DNA of 64,000 bases from Archaeoglobaceae archaeon (GTDB taxonomy: Archaea > Halobacteriota > Archaeoglobi > Archaeoglobales > Archaeoglobaceae): NCBI GenBank assembly GCA_027036775.1, contig JALWDS010000044.1:6260-70259 (forward strand), written 5' to 3'. The notes under the pieces are model-generated. The model saw only the letters and a list, made by a program, of their open reading frames with translations. It made no database searches and was not told the DNA's origin. The position numbers were made by a program, and so were the translations under genes. The first letter of the stretch is position 1, and every line of letters begins with the position of its first letter. Below are positions 50,162 to 61,053 of the stretch, one piece after another.

Positions 50162-51300
50162 GGTTTCTGATAGTGAGTGAGGAGGATATAAGGGCAGGAC
50201 TGACGACGGACAAATACTTCCTGTGGACCGAGCAGGTCTTAAAGAGCAAGGGGGTTAATCCAAGGGTTGTGGCGGAGGTAACTACGTCGAGCTGGGGAAT
50301 ATTCGTAGGGATAAACGACGTTTTGAAGCTTTTAGAGGGTAAACCAGTTGACGTCTACGCCATGCCCGAAGGTTGTCTGTTTTTCCCCCACGAACCAGTT
50401 GTAACGATTGTGGGCAGATACTTGGACTTCGCGAGGTTTGAAACCGCTATTCTTGGTTTCATATGCCATCCCTCAGCTGTTGCAACTCAAGCCTTCAAGT
50501 TCAAGCTTGCGAGCGGAGGTAAGAGGATTCTATCCTTCGGAACGAGGAGGATGCATCCCGCAATCTCTGCGGTTATAGAGAGGTCAGCTTACATAGGTGG
50601 GTGTGATGGGGTTAGCAACGTCTCAGCGGAGAAGTATCTCGGAATTGAGAGCGTAGGAACGATGCCCCACGCACTGATAATATGCTTCGGAGATCAGGTT
50701 AAAGCTTGGAGAGCCTACAACGAGGTTGTGGACGAGAGGGTTCCGAGGATAATGCTGATAGACACCTACTACGACGAGAAAACCGAAGCAATCTTAGCGA
50801 TCGAAAACGTTGAGAGGGTTGACGGCGTTAGATTAGATACGCCCTCATCGAGGAGGGGGAACATGAGGAAGATAGTTGAAGAGGTCAGATGGGAGCTCGA
50901 CATCAGGGGTAGGAGGGACGTGAAGATTGTTGTCAGCGGTGGACTGAGTTTGAAGGACGTAATGGAGCTGAGGGACTTGGTAGATGCCTTCGGTGTCGGA
51001 ACTGCGATAGCCGGAGCAAAGCCCATAGACTTCGCTCTGGACATAGTCGAGAGAGAGGGCAATTTCGTTGCCAAGAGGGGGAAGAGGGGTGGGATGAAGC
51101 AGGTTTACAGGGTCTGGGAGGAGTTTAGGGACAACGTAACCCTCTTCAACGAGAAGGCTGAAGGTGAACCTCTAATTCAAAAGGTGATGGAAAATGGGAA
51201 GATTCTGAAGACTTTCGACATGAAAGAAGCGAGGGACTTGGTTTTGAGGCAGATGGAGATAATAAGAAGTTTGGGAATCGAGGAGAGATTCCTCAAATGA
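50158..51300 (+). CDS. pncB: Nicotinate phosphoribosyltransferase (archaeal type)
   Basis: 380 aa type II PRTase pattern (FGTRR, GTMPHA, RLDTPS, VSGG). Confidence 0.75.
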   Translation: MRFLIVSEEDIRAGLTTDKYFLWTEQVLKSKGVNPRVVAEVTTSSWGIFVGINDVLKLLEGKPVDVYAMPEGCLFFPHEPVVTIVGRYLDFARFETAILGFICHPSAVATQAFKFKLASGGKRILSFGTRRMHPAISAVIERSAYIGGCDGVSNVSAEKYLGIESVGTMPHALIICFGDQVKAWRAYNEVVDERVPRIMLIDTYYDEKTEAILAIENVERVDGVRLDTPSSRRGNMRKIVEEVRWELDIRGRRDVKIVVSGGLSLKDVMELRDLVDAFGVGTAIAGAKPIDFALDIVEREGNFVAKRGKRGGMKQVYRVWEEFRDNVTLFNEKAEGEPLIQKVMENGKILKTFDMKEARDLVLRQMEIIRSLGIEERFLK

Positions 51301-52687
51301 TCTTCTCAACATCCACGTTCCTTTCAAAAACCTCCGCAAATCTGTCTATCCAATCCTTTGTTTTATCCATTTTAACACCCAAGTAATCGGATAAGGCCTT
51401 TAGAACGTTATCGTTGCTGAAAAGTCCGTGTAGGTATGTTCCCCAAGTCATTCCGTCTTCGCTCGCACAGCCGTCGTCTTCGAATATCGGGTTGTCTGCA
51501 AACGTTTTGCCCTTGTGAATCTCGTAACCCCAAACCTCCTGACCCTTTATTCTATCGATTATCACCGCATCCCCCGTGACTTTCTTAACCACCTGAACAG
51601 TTCTCTTCTTGAACTCGTCAAAGACGGTAACAGCATCGAGCAAGCCCAACCCCTTAGCTCTTATGTAACCGTGTTCCACACCTCTGTCGATCAGCTCCTT
51701 GCCCAACATCTGGTAGCCACCGCATATACCTATCACGGGTATCCTTCCGGCAATTTTCTTTATCTTCTCGTCGATCCCAGCTGACTTAAGCTCCCTAAAA
51801 TCCAAAACAGTGTTCTTCGTTCCCGGTAAGATTATTAAATCGAAGTCGGACAGATCGTCTCTCTTCCAAACGAACCTTACCCCAGCCGGTTTCAGGTGTT
51901 CGAAATCGGTCCAATTCGAAATCCTCGGAAACTTTATAATACCTATTCTGGCATCTTCGCATTTCCAATCTTCCAAGCTCAGGGAATCTTCGGGTGTAAA
52001 CGTTAAATCGACGAAGGGAATTACTCCCAAAACTTTTACGTTCGTTAAAGACTCCAACTTCTCGATTCCACCCTTCAAAAGTCTCAAGTCACCCCTGAAC
52101 TTGTTTATCACGAAACCCTTAACCATCGAAGCTACATCCTTTGGCAGAAGCTTGTATGTCCCGTAGAGAGAGGCGAAGGCTCCTCCCCTATCTATGTCTC
52201 CTACGATGAGAATGGAGGGCTTGGCTATCCTCGCCACTCCTACGTTTGCCAAGTCCCTATCGTATAGGTTTATCTCCGCAATTCCTCCCGCTCCTTCTAT
52301 CACGACGTAATCGAACTCCCTCTCGAGCTTCCTGTAAGCATTTTCAACGATCTCCCGTAACCATCCGATCTCCCTGTAGTATTCCAAAGCGGAAACGTCC
52401 TTTACAGCTTCACCCAGAACTACGAGCTGTGAAACCATGTTTCCCTTCGGCTTGAGAAGGATGGGATTCATAAGTTCGTTAGGCTCGATCCCGCAAGCCT
52501 TAGCCTGAAAGGCCTGTGCCGTTGCAATCTCCTTGCCATCCTTAGTTACAAAAGAGTTCAAGCTCATGTTTTGAGCTTTGAAAGGAGCGACGTTGTATCC
52601 CATTTTGCTGAGTATTCTGCACAGAGCGGTAACTATCACGCTCTTCCCGACGTGACTTGAGGTTCCCGCAACCATCAACGCTGGCAT
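51293..52687 (-). CDS. cobQ: Cobyric acid synthase
   Basis: [10 protein letters not shown]-loop and a C-terminal GATase domain ([11 protein letters not shown] near the C-terminus). Confidence 0.9.
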   Translation of the reverse strand: MPALMVAGTSSHVGKSVIVTALCRILSKMGYNVAPFKAQNMSLNSFVTKDGKEIATAQAFQAKACGIEPNELMNPILLKPKGNMVSQLVVLGEAVKDVSALEYYREIGWLREIVENAYRKLEREFDYVVIEGAGGIAEINLYDRDLANVGVARIAKPSILIVGDIDRGGAFASLYGTYKLLPKDVASMVKGFVINKFRGDLRLLKGGIEKLESLTNVKVLGVIPFVDLTFTPEDSLSLEDWKCEDARIGIIKFPRISNWTDFEHLKPAGVRFVWKRDDLSDFDLIILPGTKNTVLDFRELKSAGIDEKIKKIAGRIPVIGICGGYQMLGKELIDRGVEHGYIRAKGLGLLDAVTVFDEFKKRTVQVVKKVTGDAVIIDRIKGQEVWGYEIHKGKTFADNPIFEDDGCASEDGMTWGTYLHGLFSNDNVLKALSDYLGVKMDKTKDWIDRFAEVFERNVDVEKII

Positions 52688-53091
52688 GTCAATCCGAATA
52701 CTGCGTTCAGAATTGCATAAGTTACGAATACGTCCCTACCTATAGGTTCGCACAGTATAACCCTCTTCCCTTCGATTTCACCCTCCACAACTCCAGTCTT
52801 TCCTTCGAAACCCAAATCCCTCGGCAGTTCCTCGGTAGTATGAACTCCGTAGGCTATGAAGAGGGGAACGACGTAGATAACATTCGACCTCATCTCCCTT
52901 ATAACTTCATCTACCCTTGGCCTCCTCTTGTGCGCCGCAAAAGCTATCCTAACCTCATCGAAAAGCCCAGTTTTCTCTATCCTCTCCTTGTGCAGTTCCA
53001 TAACCTCCCTGTAATACGGCAACTTACTCCCGTGCCCAACTATGACCAACCCTCTCACAATATCACCTCCTTTTTGCAAATAAAATGACAA
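52675..53091 (-). CDS. cbiX: Sirohydrochlorin cobaltochelatase, short form
   Basis: 138 aa. [16 protein letters not shown]. Confidence 0.8.
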   Translation of the reverse strand: MSFYLQKGGDIVRGLVIVGHGSKLPYYREVMELHKERIEKTGLFDEVRIAFAAHKRRPRVDEVIREMRSNVIYVVPLFIAYGVHTTEELPRDLGFEGKTGVVEGEIEGKRVILCEPIGRDVFVTYAILNAVFGLTCQR

Positions 53092-53629
53092 GATCCGATT
53101 TTATTTCGCAATTCTCACAAATCCTCTCGCTTTCGTATCCCAAGTTCTCCAAAACCACGACGTTTGCAAGTTCACTCAACTTTTTAACATTGGACCTCGA
53201 ATTGGCCAGAATTAGGGCATCTCTACCCATCTCAAATGCCTTCAAAACGTCATCCATGCACTCATCCGTGTGCCAGTCTATAACGACAACTTCGGTAAGA
53301 TCCACCTTAAGCCTTGCGAGAGCAAGCTGGACCGAAGATATTCCCGGCTCAACTTCACCATCTATCCTCTTCCCAAGCCCCGAAACCATCGGGTCTCCAG
53401 TGGATAAAACCACTACCCTCCTCTTCCTACCCACCTCCTCTATTCTCCTGTATGTCTCGTGGTCGAACTTCGAGATGGTAACCTTCTCTCCCTTTATGTA
53501 TTTCTCAGCCAATTCTACCGCCCTCCTACTACCGTAAACCACTTCCGCTCTTTCTATCTCTTTAATGGCCCTCTCCGTTAGGTAGCCCTTTGCGGGACCT
53601 ACACCTACAATTTTAATCATTCCCACCAC
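53063..53629 (-). CDS. cbiE: Cobalt-precorrin-7 (C5)-methyltransferase
   Basis: A tetrapyrrole methylase of about 190 aa. [31 protein letters not shown]. Confidence 0.75.
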   Translation of the reverse strand: MVGMIKIVGVGPAKGYLTERAIKEIERAEVVYGSRRAVELAEKYIKGEKVTISKFDHETYRRIEEVGRKRRVVVLSTGDPMVSGLGKRIDGEVEPGISSVQLALARLKVDLTEVVVIDWHTDECMDDVLKAFEMGRDALILANSRSNVKKLSELANVVVLENLGYESERICENCEIKSDLVILFAKRR

Positions 53630-54524
53630 CCAGCAGAATCACGTCCGAAACGTTCTCATTTATCTGCATGGCCTTTTTAAGAACCGCCCTCCTTAAGTCT
53701 CCGTTCTTTCCGCCGACCCACCTCCTTAAGAGGGCGGGAAGTCCAACGATTATAACCTCACCTTCGACAGATTTGAGAGCTTCCTCCAAATAAACTCCAA
53801 AAACGAACGGCTGATAACCCTTTAAGTTCTCCAGAGCCCATCTCCAACCACTCCTACCTGTCGTTATCACCACCCTGTCGTATCTGTTCGCTACCATCGA
53901 TTTCACCCTAACCAGTTTTTCGCACCACGGCTCAACAAAACCAGTCGATCCCAGCAGAGATATACCACCTAAAACTCCCAACTTTGAATTTTTCGTTTTT
54001 TCAGCAACACTCCTACCTTCAGGAACGCTTACGACAACTCTTCCTTTAAATCCGTAGAGCTCCGCATATCTTTTGAAGTTTTCTTCGATCTGCTTTCTTG
54101 CGGAAGCACTAACGGCTTTTTTTCCGTTCTTAACGCCTATACCTTCCCCGAACTCCACACCCCACCCATCCTCAAAGGCTTCTGCAACTATTTCTATACC
54201 GTTCGTGACGTCGAAGCTGTGATCACCTGCAAACTTCTTCGCCGTGCAAATCCCATCCCTCGCCTTTACTTTGATCCTAACTTTCAATCCCACGGGCGTT
54301 TTTACTTCAACTTCTCTTACCTCTTCGTAGAGAGAAGCCACAGCTCCACATATCGCCGCACTCGCTGTCGTTGCGGTCGTTATTCCCCTTCTGAGCCAGT
54401 CTTCGGGTGTTAGTATGTAAAGTCCACTCCCTATTTTCTCAGCTACTTCTTTCTTACCTTCAATTCTCTCCCTAACCCTTATCCACTCCGAAGGATACTC
54501 GAAAAGCTCAATAGGATCTCTCAT
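53613..54524 (-). CDS. cbiD: Cobalt-precorrin-5B (C1)-methyltransferase
   Basis: RRGITTATTASAAICGA motif, and its length and position in the cluster. Confidence 0.8.
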   Translation of the reverse strand: MRDPIELFEYPSEWIRVRERIEGKKEVAEKIGSGLYILTPEDWLRRGITTATTASAAICGAVASLYEEVREVEVKTPVGLKVRIKVKARDGICTAKKFAGDHSFDVTNGIEIVAEAFEDGWGVEFGEGIGVKNGKKAVSASARKQIEENFKRYAELYGFKGRVVVSVPEGRSVAEKTKNSKLGVLGGISLLGSTGFVEPWCEKLVRVKSMVANRYDRVVITTGRSGWRWALENLKGYQPFVFGVYLEEALKSVEGEVIIVGLPALLRRWVGGKNGDLRRAVLKKAMQINENVSDVILLGGGND

Positions 54525-55104
54525 GGGCGAGATCTATCATGCTGTTAACTATTGCGACACACAAAGCACTTCCACCCCTCGAACCGATAGTCGTTATCGA
54601 CGGAACTTCGAGACTCCTCACCATCTCCTTGGACTTCGATGCGTTTACAAAGCCTACGGGAGTGGCTACGATTAGTGCAGGCTTATACCCTTTTTTAAAG
54701 AGATCGTAAACGGCCAACGTTGCCGATGGTGAATTTCCTATCGCGATGATACTTCCAGCAATTCTGTCCCTTAGGTTGTAGAAACCCATAGCGGTTCTCG
54801 TGATTCCAAGCTCTTTCGCACCTTCTGAGTGTTCAACTGCAACTACTACATTAGTCCACCTAATTCCGGCCTTAACCATGGAAACGTCCGCGATTATCTC
54901 TTTTCCGTCTCTTATCGCTTTAACTCCAGCCTTAACGGGATCGTTCCTAAAAACTATTATGTCCTTAACCGAAGGATCTCCCGTTGCGATTATGCATCTC
55001 TTCAATACGAAATCCTCCGGCGTATTCCCTTTAACGAACCTCTCGACTATTCTGTAGCTCTCCTCAACTATCCTTTCAGCTTCTTTCGTATAGGCCCCCA
55101 TCAT
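54508..55104 (-). CDS. cbiC: Cobalt-precorrin-8 methylmutase
   Basis: Start refined to MMGAYTKE, directly after the cbiH stop. AIGNSPSATL motif. Confidence 0.8.
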   Translation of the reverse strand: MMGAYTKEAERIVEESYRIVERFVKGNTPEDFVLKRCIIATGDPSVKDIIVFRNDPVKAGVKAIRDGKEIIADVSMVKAGIRWTNVVVAVEHSEGAKELGITRTAMGFYNLRDRIAGSIIAIGNSPSATLAVYDLFKKGYKPALIVATPVGFVNASKSKEMVRSLEVPSITTIGSRGGSALCVAIVNSMIDLAHERSY

Positions 55105-55105
55105 T

Positions 55106-55855
55106 CTACCACCTGTATTTTCTCGAATAACCCCTCGGCGTGACCATCTTCCCATTCAAAACTACGGTTTCAGAATTCGAGACGAACAAAATCGTATGCA
55201 TGTCTATCCTTTCTGGATTGTCCATTATATCTTTGGGAGACGTGATGAACACCTCCTCTCCACTTCTGCTCGCATTCTTCACGACTCCAATCGGAACGTT
55301 TCCCCTAACTTCAAGCACGATCTCCATGGCCTTCAAAAGCTTGTTAACCCTCCTTCTGCTCGAAGGATTGTATATCACAACGACGAAGTCCCCTTCCAAA
55401 GCCTTCCTAAGTCTGTTCCTTACCACCTCCCAAGGTGTGAGCAGATCGCTCAAGCTTACAACCGCGTGATCACCGCTTACCGCACATCCCAAAAGAGGTG
55501 AAGCTGAACACAGAGCTGTAACACCGGGAACGACTTCGAAATCTACGTTTAATCCTAAAGAATAAACGTATTCCGCTACGAGCGAAGCCATGCCGTATAT
55601 GGAAGGGTCACCCCCGCTGACGAGGCTGACGATGTGAGATTCGGCGAGCTGAACGGCTTTTTTGACCCTCTCCACTTCTTCGCCCATTCCGCTTTCGATG
55701 ATCTTTCCTTTAACTATATGGCGAATTCTATCTATGTATGTCTTATGACCCAAAACGAATTCCGACTCCTCCAAAACCCTCTTAGCTTTGAGTGTCAGCA
55801 GTTCTATATCTCCCGGTCCTGTGCCAACAACGTAGAGCTTACCTCGCGATCGCAA
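55106..55855 (-). CDS. cbiH: Cobalt-factor III (precorrin-3B) C17-methyltransferase
   Basis: LYVVGTGPGDIELLT, VLGHKTYIDRI, VSGGDPSIYGM. Confidence 0.85.
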   Translation of the reverse strand: MRSRGKLYVVGTGPGDIELLTLKAKRVLEESEFVLGHKTYIDRIRHIVKGKIIESGMGEEVERVKKAVQLAESHIVSLVSGGDPSIYGMASLVAEYVYSLGLNVDFEVVPGVTALCSASPLLGCAVSGDHAVVSLSDLLTPWEVVRNRLRKALEGDFVVVIYNPSSRRRVNKLLKAMEIVLEVRGNVPIGVVKNASRSGEEVFITSPKDIMDNPERIDMHTILFVSNSETVVLNGKMVTPRGYSRKYRW

Positions 55856-56519
55856 TCGTTACACCTCCGTAAACCCTCTTAGGCAAAATTAGCTCCTTCT
55901 TTTTGGAATAAAATAGAGCACAAGCCTCTGCAACGTTCTTTACGCCTATCTTAACGGCTTTTGTCTCTTTGACGTCCATCCTGTTTATATCCTCAACAGG
56001 AACGAACATCAGAGGCTTCTTAATTCTATCAACCGCTTCTATCAACCCCCTTTCGTTTCTCTTAAGTTCGATAGTCGCGATAAGTCTAACGTCATCCAAA
56101 TTAGCTTCTATTTCATCCAAAGCCGAGTTGATGGCCTTCAGAATATCGTCCGAACTCACACCCCTCCTGCAACCTACACCTACACACAATCCATCCGAAA
56201 ACTCAGCCGAAGTAGTTATAACCGGTGTCATTCCTAAACCTCTCAATTTTTCGGCAACGGCATTTGCTCCGTGATGTCCGCCAATCAGGGGGACGGCAAA
56301 TCTCATGAGTTTATCCAAAACGACCACAGCCGGATCCACCCACTTACCTCTTAAATAAGGACATATCGATCTTACAACCACGCCGATGGGCATGTAGGCG
56401 ACTACGCAGTCGAACTTGCCCAACACCTCTCCGAACACGCCCCGTCGATAGATTACTATATCCGCATTAAGAAATTCCGCAACTTTCCTAAGCTTCTCCC
56501 GATCCTTTTCAAACCCCAA
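55839..56519 (-). CDS. cbiG: Cobalt-precorrin-5A hydrolase (short form)
   Basis: CVGVGCRRG motif of the CbiG C-domain. At 226 aa it appears to lack the middle domain. Confidence 0.7.
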   Translation of the reverse strand: MGFEKDREKLRKVAEFLNADIVIYRRGVFGEVLGKFDCVVAYMPIGVVVRSICPYLRGKWVDPAVVVLDKLMRFAVPLIGGHHGANAVAEKLRGLGMTPVITTSAEFSDGLCVGVGCRRGVSSDDILKAINSALDEIEANLDDVRLIATIELKRNERGLIEAVDRIKKPLMFVPVEDINRMDVKETKAVKIGVKNVAEACALFYSKKKELILPKRVYGGVTIAIAR

Positions 56520-56524
56520 TACCG

Positions 56525-57232
56525 CTACGCGTATAGGACCGACCTCCTCCCCCTTCTTTCCAAAACCCTACCGATTATTATAACGGCGGTCCTTTTTATT
56601 CCGGCCCTCTTGACCTTCTCCGCTATATCTCCGAGGGTTCCCCTTATAACTTTCTCGTCATCCCTCGATGCGTGGTAAACTACTGCAATCGGTTCATCCC
56701 ATCCCCTTATCCTGCCTACCCTCTCCGCTATCTCTTCGATCCTGTCAACTCCGAGCAGAATTACGAGGGTGCACGGAATCTTCGCGAACTCCTCCAAGTA
56801 ATCCTTATCCAGCGTTCTTCCAGCTGGTCTAAGTATTGCAACCGCATGGGAGACGGAAGGGATGGTTAGCTCTGTCTTTAGGATGGCAGAAGCTGAAAAG
56901 ACGCTACTAACCCCGGGAACGACCTCGCACTCTATTCCCCTCCTCTCGAGTTCAACTATCTGTTCGTTTAAGGCTGAGAATATGGAGGGATCTCCACTTA
57001 CGACTCTCGCAACCATTTTTCCATCCCTAACGTTGTTCTCTATCAATTCTATTATCTCCTCAAGCCTCATTCCGTAGCTGTTGACCTTCTTCCCGCTGAA
57101 ATCTTTCAGAAGCTTTTCATCTATGAGGGAACCGGGATAGATTATAAGATCCGCTCGCTTGAGTATCTTGTAGGCTTTGATAGTCAGCAAATCGGTATCT
57201 CCGGGACCGAAGCCCACGAAGTATACCTTCAT
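56525..57232 (-). CDS. cbiF: Cobalt-precorrin-4 C11-methyltransferase
   Basis: VYFVGFGPGDTDLLT, IIYPGSLI, VSGDPSIF. Confidence 0.85.
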   Translation of the reverse strand: MKVYFVGFGPGDTDLLTIKAYKILKRADLIIYPGSLIDEKLLKDFSGKKVNSYGMRLEEIIELIENNVRDGKMVARVVSGDPSIFSALNEQIVELERRGIECEVVPGVSSVFSASAILKTELTIPSVSHAVAILRPAGRTLDKDYLEEFAKIPCTLVILLGVDRIEEIAERVGRIRGWDEPIAVVYHASRDDEKVIRGTLGDIAEKVKRAGIKRTAVIIIGRVLERRGRRSVLYA

Positions 57233-57233
57233 T

Positions 57234-57836
57234 TCACCTCACTCCAACTACGACGGTAAAGTAGTCGGACTTTTCTGGAGGTTCCTTTATTCTCTCCACC
57301 CTTTCTCCGTCCATAAACATTCTCTCCGCCAAGTAAAACTCACTCATTCCCATCTTTTCGAGTTTTTTGCATACCTCTCTGGGTTTCGTAGCCTTTAAGA
57401 CGACAACGCAACCGATTTCATCTTCTTTAAGCGTAGTTACGAGCATCGGGGTATCTATGAATATCTTTATCTTTGAGAATACGGTCGTAAAGCTTGGTAT
57501 TCCGGGAATTACCTCGACTTCAACATCGGGGTTTATTTTGTATATTTCTTCGACGAGATGCTGGAAAGTGGAGTAGAACATAGGGTCTCCCAAACACGCG
57601 AAGGCCAAGTCTTCTCTGACGCATCTATCCGCAAGCTCTTCAGCCAACTTTACCGTTACATCTTTACTCCTACCCATCGGAAATTCAACTACGCGAGGTT
57701 TAACTATCGGCTTAACGATGTATTCCGCAAGTTTACCCGGGACTATCACCTCATCCACGGCTTTGAGAACTTCCACCGCCTTAACCGTTACGAGCTTAGG
57801 ATCTCCTGGCCCCAAACCCACTCCGAACAGCATCAA
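57234..57836 (-). CDS. cbiL: Cobalt-factor II C20-methyltransferase
   Basis: LFGVGLGPGDPKLVT, LGDPMFYS. Confidence 0.8.
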   Translation of the reverse strand: MMLFGVGLGPGDPKLVTVKAVEVLKAVDEVIVPGKLAEYIVKPIVKPRVVEFPMGRSKDVTVKLAEELADRCVREDLAFACLGDPMFYSTFQHLVEEIYKINPDVEVEVIPGIPSFTTVFSKIKIFIDTPMLVTTLKEDEIGCVVVLKATKPREVCKKLEKMGMSEFYLAERMFMDGERVERIKEPPEKSDYFTVVVGVR

Positions 57837-58318
57837 CTACCACCCACTATTATAAATACCGGATTCAAATTTTTGAAAGCCGTCAATCCCGCCAACTCGT
57901 AGCTTTTCGAGATATTTACAACGATGGCCTCTCTGAATACGTTTAACTCCTTCATAGTTCTAATCACATTACACGCGACCTCTATCCTCGCAACGTTGAC
58001 AGCTAATCTTCTCGCCTTTTCACTCGCAACCCTCAGCATCTCCTCGATATCCTTGGTCCCTCCGAAGAAAACTATGTCGTAATCGAAATCTCTCAAAAAT
58101 TCCAACCCGTGAGCGTGAATCAGCTTTACGTTGGGCTTAACGTCGACGTCTCTAATTACCGATCCGTCTACATCGACCGCGTAAACGGTTTTAACGTAAT
58201 CCGCGAAGAAGTTGGAGACTTTGCATGTGCCACATCCTATATCGACGAAAACGTCATCGTTGTTCGGCTTAAGCTTCGAAAACAGAACCCCTATTATCTC
58301 CTCCTTTGTCTCCTTCAT
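57833..58318 (-). CDS. cbiT: Cobalt-precorrin-6B C15-methyltransferase (decarboxylating)
   Basis: VFVDIGCGTCKVS SAM motif, 161 aa, cluster context. Confidence 0.7.
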   Translation of the reverse strand: MKETKEEIIGVLFSKLKPNNDDVFVDIGCGTCKVSNFFADYVKTVYAVDVDGSVIRDVDVKPNVKLIHAHGLEFLRDFDYDIVFFGGTKDIEEMLRVASEKARRLAVNVARIEVACNVIRTMKELNVFREAIVVNISKSYELAGLTAFKNLNPVFIIVGGS

Positions 58319-59246
58319 CCCCTATCACCTCAACACCTTTTTCTCTCAAGATTCTTAGAAACCTGTCGTAAAGGCTCTCGGAAACCTTCACCTTAACGGG
58401 CCCGTGAAGACCCCGCAGGAGAATTAGATCGATGTCGATCTCAGGTATCACATCGTCAACGCCGTAACCAAATTTTCCATCTTCGCTTATTTCAACGACG
58501 GCACTCGATAATTCGAAATCGAACAAGGACATTATCGTTCTCTTTATCGGCTTTCTCATACCGAAACTTTCAAGCTCGTCGAGCAAGCTTCTGTCACCGA
58601 CTTTAACGCATCTACCCCGATGTAGCACCACTATCTTGTCCGCCCAACTCTCGACGAACTCCACATCGTGGGTCGATACGACTATCGTTTTTCCGTTTTC
58701 GTTCAACTCTTCGAGTATGTTGAACATCTCGAGTATCCCCCTGTGATCCAACCCGGCGGTGGGTTCGTCTATCAGTATTACCTCCGGATCCATTGCCAAA
58801 ACGCCAGCTATAGCAACTCTCTTTTTTTGACCTAAGCTCAGGTTGCTCGTGCTTTTGTCCGCAAGGTTCTCTATCCCCAAAAGCCTTAGAGTCTGCGTGA
58901 CCCTCCTTCTCACTTCACCTTCATCCAAACCCATGTTTCTCAGACCGAAAGCCACGTCATCGTAAACCTTCGGCAGAAATACCTGATCGTCCGGATTTTG
59001 AAAGACCAAGCCGACTATTCTCCTGATCGTATCCTCATTCTTTCGGTTTACCTCAATGCCCTTTATCAACACCTTCCCACTTCGTGGGCGGAGCAATCCG
59101 ACGATGCAGAGGAACAGCGTTGTCTTACCGCTACCGTTTTCACCTAAAATCGCAACCCTTTCACACCTTCTCACTTTAAAAGTAACGTTTGATAGTGCCA
59201 ACGTTCCGTCAGGATACTCGAAAGTTAAATTGCTAACATCGATCAT
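58269..59246 (-). CDS. cbiO: ECF/cobalt transporter ATPase with a C-terminal extension of about 50 aa
   Basis: GENGSGKTT, LSLGQKKRVAIA, ILIDEPTAGLD. The tail overlaps the cbiT start by 50 nt. Confidence 0.85.
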   Translation of the reverse strand: MIDVSNLTFEYPDGTLALSNVTFKVRRCERVAILGENGSGKTTLFLCIVGLLRPRSGKVLIKGIEVNRKNEDTIRRIVGLVFQNPDDQVFLPKVYDDVAFGLRNMGLDEGEVRRRVTQTLRLLGIENLADKSTSNLSLGQKKRVAIAGVLAMDPEVILIDEPTAGLDHRGILEMFNILEELNENGKTIVVSTHDVEFVESWADKIVVLHRGRCVKVGDRSLLDELESFGMRKPIKRTIMSLFDFELSSAVVEISEDGKFGYGVDDVIPEIDIDLILLRGLHGPVKVKVSESLYDRFLRILREKGVEVIGDEGDKGGDNRGSVFEA

Positions 59247-59980
59247 GAAATCACCCCGTCGAGGAGTATTAGGATAATTCCAAAAGCTACGGAAGCGAGT
59301 ATCATCAGTGAATCTTTAAGTTCGATACCTTCGGGTTTGATGATATCGGAACCTCCGTAACCTCTAAGGGTCATGGCCATGTAAACCCTACTCGCCCTAT
59401 CTATGGATTTAATTATGAGAGCTCCGCTGGCTATTCCCATATTGTAAACCTTCTTTCTCCAGCTTACGAATTTTGAAAAGGCGTTTTTCATCTTTAACGC
59501 GTGAATTAACGTTTGAAGTTCCTCAGCAAGGGTATCGACGTATCTCATCATTAGAACGGTCAAATCTACTACGACTTTGGGTAGTCTGATCCAGCACAGA
59601 GCTGTTATCATCTCGTGAATAGGCGTAGTCGCTATTAAAATTAACAGAACGCTCGTGCAGGCCAAGACCTTAACCATAACGAGAGATGCGAGTTTCAAAC
59701 CTTCCTTCGTAACGGTGAACACTCCAATCGGTTTCCCCCGAGTTGTGAATGCCAACACCATGAAGACGACGATGGAGATGTAGAAGGGATAGAGTAGTTT
59801 TCTGACGGGAACTCCGACGTAGACGAGCAGTGAGAGGTTTATCAAAAAAAGTGTAAGGGGTATGTAGGGTTCCCTCATCGAAACTATTGCAATCAGTAGA
59901 GCCATTGTCGAGACGAGCTTGACCCTTCCGTCCAACCTTTGCAGGCGGTTCTCCTTAACAGCTACGCTGAAGACCTCCAT
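59243..59980 (-). CDS. cbiQ: Cobalt ECF transporter transmembrane (T) component
   Basis: 245 aa with 5-6 TM. Conserved Arg-rich loop (ALKMKNAF...IDRASRVYMAMTLRGY). Confidence 0.8.
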   Translation of the reverse strand: MEVFSVAVKENRLQRLDGRVKLVSTMALLIAIVSMREPYIPLTLFLINLSLLVYVGVPVRKLLYPFYISIVVFMVLAFTTRGKPIGVFTVTKEGLKLASLVMVKVLACTSVLLILIATTPIHEMITALCWIRLPKVVVDLTVLMMRYVDTLAEELQTLIHALKMKNAFSKFVSWRKKVYNMGIASGALIIKSIDRASRVYMAMTLRGYGGSDIIKPEGIELKDSLMILASVAFGIILILLDGVIS

Positions 59981-60068
59981 CTCCTCAAATACCTCCCGAC
60001 TATCAAGGCCAAGAAAAATCCGATGGTAGTTCCCAACCCGTTTAGGGCGTCACCGCTGAGCCATTCCA

Positions 60069-60356
60069 TCATTTCCTCTCACCCGTTCCAAACATGTCCT
60101 CCCAGAAGTATCCGACGAGCAGGCCTCCCAAGATACCGGCTATCGTGAATCCGATAGGTTCCATGTCTTCTGGAATCGCTGGGACTATCTCCTTAGCCTG
60201 AACGTGTGTCGCGGATGTTGCCAAGTCCTCCACGATGTCGTCCGTTCCTTCAAGCTCTCCCTTCTTGTGTCCCACGTAACTGGCGACTATTATTGCCGAT
60301 GATATCAAAACGAGCAGGGCTATCGAATACACTACAAACCTATCCATGTGCAACAC
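60069..60356 (-). CDS. cbiN: Cobalt transport protein CbiN
   Basis: 95 aa with two TM helices. EGTDD segment. Overlaps cbiM. Confidence 0.75.
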   Translation of the reverse strand: MLHMDRFVVYSIALLVLISSAIIVASYVGHKKGELEGTDDIVEDLATSATHVQAKEIVPAIPEDMEPIGFTIAGILGGLLVGYFWEDMFGTGERK

Positions 60357-60990
60357 CCACCTTCAGAAGTTCGGGTCTGTTTTCCGCTATGTAACTCACA
60401 ACTCCTGCGGTGAAAGCGAATTCGGCCAAGGCTATTGGTATCTGCGTCGGTCCGTATCCCAAGAAGTAAAGCCACCAGTGGTAGACTACGGAGTGTGGAT
60501 TTAAACCCAAAGCCAACTCCAAAGCGGAAGTGACGTACGTCATTATATCACCCACGAACCCGGCAAGTCCCGCTGAAAGCCATACAGGTGCCCTGTTCTT
60601 TAGGAGGATGTATGTTAAGTATCCGGTAAAGGTTCCAACTACACCCATAGAGAAGGTATTTGCTCCCAACGTCGTTATTCCTCCGTGTCCCAAAAACGCT
60701 TGGAAGAACAGTGCTATGCTCGATATAACCACCGTTGCAAAAGGACCCACGATTATCGCTGCCATTGGTGTCCCTACGGGATGAGAGCAAGATCCCGTCA
60801 CCGGAACAGGTATGTGCCAAACCGATATCACGAAAACCGCCGCTCCTATCATAGCTAAGGTCGGTAGATACTTGGGATCCTCCTTGGTTCTCTTTCTTAT
60901 CTCTCTAACACCCACTATCCAAAAGGGAATGCACACCGCATACCAGATTCCGCACCAAACCAAAGGTAGTATTCCGTCCGATATGTGCAT
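60340..60990 (-). CDS. cbiM: Cobalt transporter substrate-capture component CbiM
   Basis: MHISDGILP N-terminus (metal-binding Met-His), 216 aa, polytopic. Confidence 0.88.
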   Translation of the reverse strand: MHISDGILPLVWCGIWYAVCIPFWIVGVREIRKRTKEDPKYLPTLAMIGAAVFVISVWHIPVPVTGSCSHPVGTPMAAIIVGPFATVVISSIALFFQAFLGHGGITTLGANTFSMGVVGTFTGYLTYILLKNRAPVWLSAGLAGFVGDIMTYVTSALELALGLNPHSVVYHWWLYFLGYGPTQIPIALAEFAFTAGVVSYIAENRPELLKVGVAHG

Positions 60991-61053
60991 GCAACCACCC
61001 CTGAATCAAATCCATTTGATCTAAAATCAAGTATATTTGACTCAAGGTTGCAT
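60989..61053 (-). promoter_or_regulatory. cbiM leader with a start-codon-sequestering inverted repeat and an internal 16-bp palindrome
   Basis: ATGCAACC (60989-60996, includes AT of the start codon on the other strand) pairs with GGTTGCAT (61046-61053). Palindrome ATCAAAT-CC-ATTTGAT at 61005-61020. An AT-rich TATA-like region lies at about 61075-61085. Confidence 0.4.
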